From NCBI GenBank assembly GCA_964370835.1, contig CAYJLO010000005.1, forward strand, positions 3,643 through 67,642: 64,000 nucleotides of DNA, read 5' to 3'. The notes beneath the pieces were generated by a model. The model was not told the DNA's origin. It ran no database searches and saw nothing but the letters and a program-made list of their open reading frames with translations. Made by a program: the position numbers and the translations under genes. Positions within the stretch are counted from its first letter, which is position 1; each line of letters starts with the position of its first letter. Of the stretch, positions 18,101 to 25,965 are shown in pieces. Source of the stretch: an uncultured Desulfovibrionaceae bacterium. GTDB lineage: Bacteria > Desulfobacterota > Desulfovibrionia > Desulfovibrionales > Desulfovibrionaceae.

Positions 18101-20545
18101 TTGCACTTGTGCATCACCATCTGAAATGGTGACAGTGTACTTTACTATGACAGTCTCGCCATCTCTAAGCTTATCTGCAGCGCTATCTTCTGCGTTATTC
18201 AATATGAAGGTATAGTTACCCTGAGTGTCAATACTAAAAGAACCATAGCTGTCGTGGGCGGCATCATTGGCTTTGGCTGTGAAAGAGAGCGTGTCGCCGT
18301 CCTTATCAAATGCCGTAATTTTACCGCTGGCTGTTGGCGTGCCAGCAAAGGCCTCGTTGTGATCAACAGTAGGTGTGTTAAGGTCATCACGCACACCGGC
18401 TTCTACAATTACAAGGTCATCGCCTTTAATAATTATTTCAGGTGTATCATTCTTACCCGTGATGGCTACAGTGATTTCTTGTTTTACCCATGCATCATTG
18501 TCATCGCGAACATAGATGGTGAATGTGTCTTCACCATGGACGTTGGTGTCAAGGTGTTGCGTTTTACTTGTGTCCACAGTGTAGGTATATTTTCCTGTAA
18601 TAGGATCAATAACAAGTGTACCGTAGGTGCCGCTTTGCGTTGTAAGTTCTTTGCCGTCGGCATCCATGCCAAGGTCAAAAGTCAAGCTATCATGAGCATC
18701 ATCGTCCTTACCAATGGCTGTACCGGATACAGTTAAGGACGTATCGGCATTACCATCTTCAGTGATGGAGAGGTTGCCGGTATTGGCATCGGCATCGCTT
18801 TTCAATGCCAATGTGGGTATATCGTTTGTGCCCTTGACATGAACAGTAATATGGGCAGCATTGCCTGATAAGCCTTGATTGTCAGTGGGGGTTACCACGA
18901 AAATGTCTTGCTCTATGTCGCCTTCATCTAAGTTTTGCGTTTTGCCTTGGTCAAGGACATACACATATTCACCTGTTTGAGTGTTAAAATATAAGTCGCC
19001 ATATGCACCAACAATTTTAGCATCATAGGCAGTGTATCCGGCATCGCTGTGCGCAGTGGAATTTGGAATACTGAAGGTGATATCTGAGCTATCAACATCA
19101 GAAGCATGTACCTTACCGTTGGCACTGGGCATGCCAACAAAATTTTCATTGGGGTCAGTGGCTTCTGTGAGAAGATCACCATCTCCAACACCCGCTTCTT
19201 GGACGGTGACATCAAGTATGGACGGATTGGGATTGGTGGGATCTTCCGGATTGTCTGGATCTGCTGGTGGATTGATGGTGGGTTTATCGTTTATGCCATT
19301 GACGGTGATGCTGATTTGACTTTTTTCAAAGGCGCCGTGCTGGTCTTTGTTTAGTACATCAAAGGTTTCGGTTGCATGTGGAGTATCACCCCCAAGGGCT
19401 TCTAAAGCTGCTTTTTGTGTGGTGGTCACACCGGCTGTATAGGTATAAGAGCCGTTGGCTTGTACCACAAGATTTCCGTAAGTACCTTCAATGATGGTTT
19501 CGGTGGTGATGGCATTGTTTGCATCGTCACGGTTAATGTTTTGTCCGGCCACCGTAAGTGTGGATCCATCGTTGTCCACATCGCCAAATGCAATATTACC
19601 TTGAGCTGTAGCATCAGTTGCGGCATTTTCCGTAACTACGCCATCTGTGGTTGAGATTTCCAAAGAGGGCTTATCATTGGTGCCGCGAATGGTCACATTC
19701 ACCGTAGTGAGAGCAGTGCCGCCATTGCCGTCACTCACCATGATGGTAAAGCTTTCTGTAACCTCTTGATTGTGGGCAAGGCCATTGGCTTTAACATCAT
19801 CAAAGGTATAGCCAAATTCGCCGGTGAGCGGATTGATGGACAACGTACCGTATTGGCCTGTGCCATTTTGCACGCTGAAGGTGAGTGTATCTTCATCGTC
19901 GTCACGAGCCAGCACACGACCTGTGGCGTTAAACTCACCATCATATATTTGGTTGGGTGAGCTATGTGTACTATCTGCACCGCCAGCGTCACGTCCCACG
20001 CCGGACTCAATAACATCCACAGCACCGGGGAAGGCGTCGGGAATACCTAAAGTGCTGTCAGGGTCGGGGTTTACCACAATACCTAAAATGGAAGGTGGCG
20101 TGTTGAGCGGGCCCACTGCGCCATCACCTTCCAGTGTAGTATCTTGTACGAAAGTTTCAGGGTAGGCTTGATCAAGGCTACCCAATCGATCAATGCCGCC
20201 TAGTAAGGTACCAGCAATGGTATCCACACTGCTACCGCTGCCTTGAGGGGTGCTGGTGGGACCAGCCGCAGGCATAAGTTCTTCGCTAAGGGTTTCGAAA
20301 AAGGATTCGCCATCCACTTCGGCACCGCCAATTATGAAGGTGGGCATATTTTCTGAGGTGTAGGCCACATAGAAGTCTGTCAAAGATAAGCTTGCGCCGT
20401 CTTCAAAGCTCATGACTAAGTTGTCGCCATCACGAGTGAGCGTTGCTTCGGTAGAGTTAAATTCAAAAACTAAACGATCTTCAGCTTGGGGAGTAAGGGT
20501 TGCAGTTTGGCCTGCAGTGGGTTTTTGTAGTGAAATGTCAGCCAT
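12146..20545 (-). CDS. Giant repetitive adhesin (VCBS/cadherin-like repeats, C-terminal RTX repeats); predicted T1SS substrate, LapA/BapA-like
   Basis: 2799 aa. Many ~100-aa repeats carry G(T/A)YG.L.(I/V)...G.Y.YT motifs (VCBS-like) and end in ...(T/V)(V/I)NG(T/I)ND(K/A)P (cadherin-like linkers). The protein is acidic and Thr/Asp/Gly-rich with almost no Cys. C-terminal GGxGxD nonapeptide repeats are followed by ~120 aa of secretion-signal-like sequence. A GAGGA RBS lies 5 nt before the ATG. Confidence 0.9.
   Translation of the reverse strand: [2799 protein letters not shown]
12515..12694 (-). repeat. RTX-type Ca2+-binding nonapeptide repeats (inside the adhesin CDS)
   Basis: Translated: [45 protein letters not shown]...[10 protein letters not shown], a tandem GGxGxDxUx pattern. 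Confidence 0.8.
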
Positions 20546-20869
20546 AATATCCTCGAAAAATTAATGCTAGTAATAAAAAAACGCCGTGAATCGGGCGCGA
20601 CAATAGAGCATGTCCAAAAGGAACACTCTTGACAAAGTAGGAGGAAAAGGTGTGGCAAGGGTATTGCCAGCAACGAGGAAGACTCCTCAGGCCGTCCGAG
20701 ATATGGAAAGCCCATCAAACGAGTGTTTGCCAAAAAAAATCGCTTCAAGGCGAAAATTTGGCTGTAGAGTCGTTTGAAAACATAAGGGGGTGAGCATGCG
20801 TAGCTTCACCACACGAAGCACATCGTCAGTAATAAAAAAGTAATTTACTAGGAAATACTTTGTAAAGCA

Positions 20870-20898
20870 TATTTAATTAGTATGAATTGGAAAGTCAA
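20870..20898 (-). promoter_or_regulatory. Sigma-70-like promoter candidate for the adhesin gene
   Basis: The minus strand reads TTGACT (20898-20893), N17, TAAATA (20875-20870). This would give a leader of about 315 nt. The region is AT-rich, so a chance match is possible. Confidence 0.35.
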
Positions 20899-21092
20899 GT
20901 AAAAAGCTTTTAAAATTTTACAAAAATAAAAGGTTGTAATTACAATGTCTTGTCTGTTTGTTTTAACAAGGGTTGAGGTGTGTGCAGTGTTTTTTAGTGA
21001 AGAGCACTACTCTTGTAGGGTGGCTAGTTTTGTTATTGCTTATCACCATGAAAAATACGTAAAATCACTGCAAACTGTTGAAAATAAGTTCG

Positions 21093-22004
21093 TTATGAAT
21101 CTGCTATGGGGTTCACATGCACCATGCAGTGTTTAATTGCTGGAAATTGCTTTTCCAGCGCATCATGCAAGTCTTCAGCAATGGTATGTGCGTCATGTAA
21201 GGAGAGTTTACCGTCTAAAGCTATTTCAATATCGAGATATAGTTTTGACGCAAATTGACGAGTTTTTAAAAGGTCAATGCGTTGGATGTGCGGTTGCGCG
21301 GCAATGAATGATTGAATTTCGTCATGTTGCTTCTTCTCACAGGCCTTATCGATAACTTTATCACTCGATTCTTTAAAAATTTCCCATGCAACTTTACCGA
21401 TAAAATAACAAATACCTATGGAAGCCAGCGGGTCACAAATGGGGAAACCTAACTGTGCTCCGAAAACACCTATTAAACTTCCAATGGAAGAAAGCGCATC
21501 TGAACGGTGATGCCAGGCATCGGCCATAAGTGCTGTAGATTGTATTTTTTTTCCAGCATGTCGTGTATACCAAAACATGAGTTCTTTAATAATTAGCGAT
21601 AATAATGCTGCGTATAAAGCAAGATTTGTGGGTGGCACAGCGGAAAGATATGCCTTAGTATAAATGTTTTCTATGCCTGACCATCCAATACCCAGTCCTG
21701 TGATAAAAAGAAGCACAGAAAGAACAATGCCAGCCACGCATTCAATTTTTTCGTGTCCGTAGGGATGGTCTGAATCTTCGGTACTTTTTGCAAGCTTTAC
21801 ACCGATAATAACAATAAAGGTGCTTAATACATCTGAAAGAGAGTGAACAGCATCAGAAATCAGGGCAGTGGAATGTCCCACCCAGCCCGCAAAAAACTTA
21901 ATGGCTGCTAAAATTACGTTAAATACAATGGTTACAATGGAAACTTGAACGGCGTATTGTATATTTTTTTCTTCATCCACGGCATGCATCTTGGCACCTC
22001 TCAT
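21093..22004 (-). CDS. Cation diffusion facilitator (CDF) family metal efflux transporter
   Basis: Six N-terminal TM helices with HSLSDVLS (TM2) and HHRSDALSS (TM5) metal-site motifs, plus a C-terminal cytoplasmic domain. An alternative start at ATG 21989 is preceded by GAGAGGTG. Confidence 0.85.
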   Translation of the reverse strand: MRGAKMHAVDEEKNIQYAVQVSIVTIVFNVILAAIKFFAGWVGHSTALISDAVHSLSDVLSTFIVIIGVKLAKSTEDSDHPYGHEKIECVAGIVLSVLLFITGLGIGWSGIENIYTKAYLSAVPPTNLALYAALLSLIIKELMFWYTRHAGKKIQSTALMADAWHHRSDALSSIGSLIGVFGAQLGFPICDPLASIGICYFIGKVAWEIFKESSDKVIDKACEKKQHDEIQSFIAAQPHIQRIDLLKTRQFASKLYLDIEIALDGKLSLHDAHTIAEDLHDALEKQFPAIKHCMVHVNPIADS

Positions 22005-22033
22005 GAAAAACGGTTGCTAAAAACTCTTTCCCT

Positions 22034-22981
22034 TTAGGTCTTCATCGCATTTCTTCGTAACATACTTGCTACAAAAGATAAAATAGGCAATTCAATGAGC
22101 GGACCTATGATTAAGGCTAGTGAAATAAGCGGTAGCGCGGGAAAAGCTGTCACTGCTATGGCTAGAGCCAGTGGAGAGTTTCTCGCCAAAGTGGTCATGT
22201 GTAATGCGTTTAAGTCTTTTGAGTTAAAGCGTAAAGCGCTACCCATAAGTTTTACGACAAAAAATGTCACCATAAAAAAGCATAGTAAAGGAAGAAATAA
22301 TCTCAGAAATAGTTCGTAATGTTCTTGTAAATTTTTACCTTCTGAAGCAAACATGCAGAGCACAGCTAAGCAAAGAAAGAACAATTGTAAGGCGTCACTT
22401 TTATCTGCAATGGCGGCCTTTATGTGAGGCTTACGCTGTAGATAATATCTGGTAAGCATGGCGCCTATAAAAGGAATAAGTAAAACGCTGGCAATGTTTT
22501 TCACTAATTCATCCATGTCCGTAACCATGGTGTTTCCTAAAAATATATACACATATAAAGGCAATAAAATTACTTGTAAAAGAAGATTTAAAGGCAATAT
22601 GGACATATTTATTTCCACATTCCCTTTGCTTAATTTAGTAAAAACCAAATACCAATCTGTACACGGAGTTACTAGCAACATAAGTAAGCCTAAGCGTATT
22701 TCCATGGAATGCTCAAAAAAAAGAAATCCGAGCACATAGGCGAGTATGGGAGTAAAAATAAAATTTATACTCACACTTGCAGCTGTATATTTTATATTTA
22801 AGGTGGCTTTCCATAATTCACTAATATTTATGGATAAAAATAATACATACAGGAGTAGTATTAAAAAAAGCTCTACAAATTGCAAAGAAGCATTGCCCCA
22901 TGGCGTATATATGCCCAAAAAACTTCCCGAAAGAGCACAGATTATTATAATAAGGGGCTGTAGTTTTCCCATTAAGTCCAT
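22034..22981 (-). CDS. ACR3/bile-acid:Na+ symporter (BART) superfamily permease, arsenic-resistance-protein-like
   Basis: About 9-10 TM helices. The segment LVTPCTDWYLVFTKLSKGNVE...LLLQVILLPLYVYIF parallels the ACR3 region around the conserved Cys (..RCIAMV.VWN.LAKGD...). The gene ends 29 nt upstream of the CDF gene, so the two are probably co-transcribed. Confidence 0.55.
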   Translation of the reverse strand: MDLMGKLQPLIIIICALSGSFLGIYTPWGNASLQFVELFLILLLYVLFLSINISELWKATLNIKYTAASVSINFIFTPILAYVLGFLFFEHSMEIRLGLLMLLVTPCTDWYLVFTKLSKGNVEINMSILPLNLLLQVILLPLYVYIFLGNTMVTDMDELVKNIASVLLIPFIGAMLTRYYLQRKPHIKAAIADKSDALQLFFLCLAVLCMFASEGKNLQEHYELFLRLFLPLLCFFMVTFFVVKLMGSALRFNSKDLNALHMTTLARNSPLALAIAVTAFPALPLISLALIIGPLIELPILSFVASMLRRNAMKT

Positions 22982-23007
22982 TTTTTCCTCAAAATTTTAT
23001 GCAAGAG

Positions 23008-23035
23008 AAAAGGGCTCTTGTATCAAAAGCCCTTT
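23008..23035 (-). terminator. Terminator candidate after the MATE gene
   Basis: Minus strand: AAAGGGCT ...loop... AGCCCTTT followed by TCTCTT. It starts 8 nt after the stop at 23044. Confidence 0.5.
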
Positions 23036-23043
23036 AACAAAGT

Positions 23044-24396
23044 TTATGCAGCGCTGGTTTGCATCTTTTTTTCCACTTCTTTAAAAAGTTTTCTGAAGTA
23101 GAAAATGAAGACGATGGACGCCAATAAGGCGCTTACAGGGTAGCAAAAAGCCAATAAATGCAAACTGGGGTTCATGGGCATAATAAGGTAGACCCACACA
23201 AAACGCATACCAACGATGCACACTAAGGTAAAGACCATGGGCATGAAGGAAGAGCCTAAGGCACGCGAAGCTTGCGAAAGCATTTGCTGCGGAATGGTGA
23301 GCAAATACATGGGCAAAATAATAAACATAATTTCACCAGCCATATACACCACTTCCATATCGTTGGTAAAGAGGGAAAATAAAGCATCTCTGCTTAATAT
23401 AAAGACCGTTATAAGCACAGCCACCAATATATAACTTAGACCAATGACGTCGCGTATGGAGCGTTTTACTCTATCCATTTTGCCGGCGCCGTAATTTTGA
23501 CCCACAAAAGTAATAACTGTTCCACCAATGGCAGAAACAAACATATCTACTATGCCGTCAAGTCGTAAATAGGCCACCCACGCAGCCACAGCCAATGCGT
23601 TGAAAGTGTTTACCGAGGCCTGCACAGCAATATTGGAAAAACTAAACATAATGCTTTGAATACCGGCAGGAATGCCAAGCATGGCAATGTCCTTCATGGC
23701 CGCAAAATCCACTTGCACCTTATATTCACCGGTATTTTTAAGCATTTTCACAATGAAGGAACAAAGAATGACAGCACTGAGGCCTTGTGAAAACACCGTT
23801 GCAGCGGCAATACCAAACACACCAAAGTCCAGGACCAAGGCCAATACAATATCCAACACAATATTTAAGATACTGCAAAACATAAGTACGTAAAGAGGGC
23901 GTTTAGCATCACCCAAAGCGCGCAATACACCAGCTAAGGTGTTGTAAATAACACAAAAGAGGATGCCGGTGAGATATGTTTGTAGGTATACCATGGAAAA
24001 ATCCATGGTATCTAAAGGTGTATTCATAACCAATAAGATTTCGCGACAATACACAATGCCCAGCACAGAAAGCACTATACCCACAATGCTAAAAAAGAGT
24101 AGCCCATTTACGATGGTGGATTTAACGGCAGTAAAATCTTGCTTTCCGTAGTATCTGGAAGCATATGCCGTAATGCCGCTGGAAACACCGATGAAAAAAT
24201 TGGTGATGAGAATAATAACCTTGGATGCAGAACCTCCCACGGCGGCCAGTTCTAGAGTGCCAAGGCCTTTACCCACCACAATGGTATCGGCAATGGTGTA
24301 CATATGTTGGAAAAAACTTCCAATTAAAATGGGCACGAAAAAGAATAAAATCTCTTTCCAAATAACCCCTTCGGTGATGCGATTTACTTTTGTCAT
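23044..24396 (-). CDS. MATE family efflux transporter
   Basis: 450 aa with 12 predicted TM helices. The N-terminus (ILFFFVPILIGSFFQHMYTIADTIVVGKGLG) is typical of NorM-like MATE proteins. Confidence 0.85.
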   Translation of the reverse strand: MTKVNRITEGVIWKEILFFFVPILIGSFFQHMYTIADTIVVGKGLGTLELAAVGGSASKVIILITNFFIGVSSGITAYASRYYGKQDFTAVKSTIVNGLLFFSIVGIVLSVLGIVYCREILLVMNTPLDTMDFSMVYLQTYLTGILFCVIYNTLAGVLRALGDAKRPLYVLMFCSILNIVLDIVLALVLDFGVFGIAAATVFSQGLSAVILCSFIVKMLKNTGEYKVQVDFAAMKDIAMLGIPAGIQSIMFSFSNIAVQASVNTFNALAVAAWVAYLRLDGIVDMFVSAIGGTVITFVGQNYGAGKMDRVKRSIRDVIGLSYILVAVLITVFILSRDALFSLFTNDMEVVYMAGEIMFIILPMYLLTIPQQMLSQASRALGSSFMPMVFTLVCIVGMRFVWVYLIMPMNPSLHLLAFCYPVSALLASIVFIFYFRKLFKEVEKKMQTSAA

Positions 24397-24425
24397 TGGT
24401 TACTCTCAATGGTGTTGTATAAAGG

Positions 24426-24459
24426 CAAAAACGGGTGATAGCTCAGCGCCACCACCCGT
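24426..24459 (-). terminator. Rho-independent terminator after the porin gene
   Basis: Minus strand: ACGGGTG ...15-nt loop... CACCCGT followed by TTTTTGCC. It lies about 20 nt after the porin stop. Confidence 0.6.
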
Positions 24460-24479
24460 AGAGATGTTGGTGTTAGACC

Positions 24480-25928
24480 TTAGAAGGCATAGCGCATAAT
24501 AATGCCGGCTTTGTAACCGTCACGACGCTCATCATAGCCCCAGGTGTCTTTGTCAATGCCGTTGATGGCATAGCCAAGTTGCAAGGTAGCCGTAAGGTTT
24601 TCGTAGATTTTATAGGTAGAATCTAAGTTAAATTCCACCATATAGTCAGCCGTGGTTAGATAAAACGTACCATTGCTTCCATTGGAACCGCCCAAAGCTG
24701 CGGTGGGATCGTTGAGGTGCTGAGCATTATCGGTATGGTTAGTCCCCCCCCAATAGGCCACTCGGAAGGTGTGGCTTAATTTTTCCATGAAGGAGAAATT
24801 CTTCACTTGTAAACCTACGCCCCAAGTGCCGTCATAGCCAAGAGATTGGTCAAAGCCCACATTACCCCAACCGGAGGTAGAAAAAGACCAAGGGTCATCG
24901 CCGAAGAAGGACGTGAAGGTGCCGGAAGGTCCAAGAACAGGCATTCTTTCGGAACCATCGCTGATGTTGCTGTCATCACCGGAGCCGTACCAAGCAAAGA
25001 TGCCGGGAGTACCCCAATCCATTTTATACTCGGCTAAGGCTTTGATGAGCCAGCCTTGGCGTTGTTGGTCGATACGTTTACCATTGTATGAATATGTACC
25101 GCCGTAGCTCACCGAACCATAGTTTAAGTCCAATTCAAAATTAAATGCATCGTAAGCAAAGCTCATGGGTAAGCCAGCCCATAACAGGGTGGAGTAGGCA
25201 GGCTCATGATTCAAGGAGCTGCTGTTATAGGATGCACCACGAGGGCCTAAACCCACTTTGGCAGTGTATTTATTGGGAATGCTGTTATTACCCATAAAGC
25301 CGGCCATAATCCAAGGATTCACGCTCCAGTTACCACCCTTCACAGGAAGGGAGAGCATGAAGAGATCAGTATTGTCAAGATAGTTGGCAGAATCGTTGGC
25401 ATCGCCAGCAAAATTGTCATTGTAGGGGCGAATCCATGCCGCAGTGAGTCCCACCATATCGTTGATTTTATAATTGGCAGAAATACCAGCTCCGTCAAAA
25501 CCAAAGATGGCAGAACCACCGGCCACAGCAGGGTTGCCAAAATACTGTAAGCCCATACGCACACTTAAAGCTGTGTTGGGCACAATCCAATCAATGTAGG
25601 CGCGGCGAAGTTCGATGACTTGACCGTCGGTGCCAAGGGATCCGCCAGAGTCTGCATGTCCCCAGTATTGTTCACCGATTTCAAAAAAAACAGCGCCGGA
25701 AAGGCTTTCGGAAGCTATGGCTTCAATTTGCAAACGCACACGCTGTGCAGAGGCAAAAGTGTCTGTACCAGTTTGTCCGTAATACATGGTATCCACAGCA
25801 CCCAAACCGAAAATCCACTCGCCATGAGCCTTGAAATCTACGGCTTTGGCTCCGTTGCTTGCGCCTAAAAGCATGGCAGCAGCAAGGACAAGAGTAGCAA
25901 TTCTTTTCATCCTATTCATCCTTATCAT
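24480..25928 (-). CDS. Outer-membrane porin (Desulfovibrio homotrimeric-porin-like)
   Basis: Signal peptide MKRIATLVLAAAMLLGASNGAKA. The mature part is Gly/Tyr/Asn/Trp-rich with an amphipathic beta-strand periodicity and ends in ...IIMRYAF (terminal Phe). The start is ambiguous among three ATGs (25928, 25919, 25910). Confidence 0.75.
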   Translation of the reverse strand: MIRMNRMKRIATLVLAAAMLLGASNGAKAVDFKAHGEWIFGLGAVDTMYYGQTGTDTFASAQRVRLQIEAIASESLSGAVFFEIGEQYWGHADSGGSLGTDGQVIELRRAYIDWIVPNTALSVRMGLQYFGNPAVAGGSAIFGFDGAGISANYKINDMVGLTAAWIRPYNDNFAGDANDSANYLDNTDLFMLSLPVKGGNWSVNPWIMAGFMGNNSIPNKYTAKVGLGPRGASYNSSSLNHEPAYSTLLWAGLPMSFAYDAFNFELDLNYGSVSYGGTYSYNGKRIDQQRQGWLIKALAEYKMDWGTPGIFAWYGSGDDSNISDGSERMPVLGPSGTFTSFFGDDPWSFSTSGWGNVGFDQSLGYDGTWGVGLQVKNFSFMEKLSHTFRVAYWGGTNHTDNAQHLNDPTAALGGSNGSNGTFYLTTADYMVEFNLDSTYKIYENLTATLQLGYAINGIDKDTWGYDERRDGYKAGIIMRYAF

Positions 25929-25965
25929 GTTAAACGGTTAAAAAACATTCTATAGTAACAGATTG

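Noticed and set aside
12017-20165. Dozens of 60-228-aa ORFs on both strands inside the giant adhesin gene (e.g. 14390..15076, 15737..16174, 18254..18736).
   Set aside because: These are shadow ORFs of a highly repetitive 8.4-kb CDS. They have no start-site signals and repetitive hydrophobic translations.
20560-20760. Possible c-di-GMP-I (GEMM) riboswitch in the adhesin leader; the minus strand contains GGCAAAC and GGACGGCC.
   Set aside because: I could not reproduce the conserved GEMM-I core (GGCAAACC...GAAA...GGGACGCAAAGCC.CCGG) or its two-helix geometry, and only short fragments resemble it. The region is kept as a generic structured-leader lead, not called as a riboswitch.
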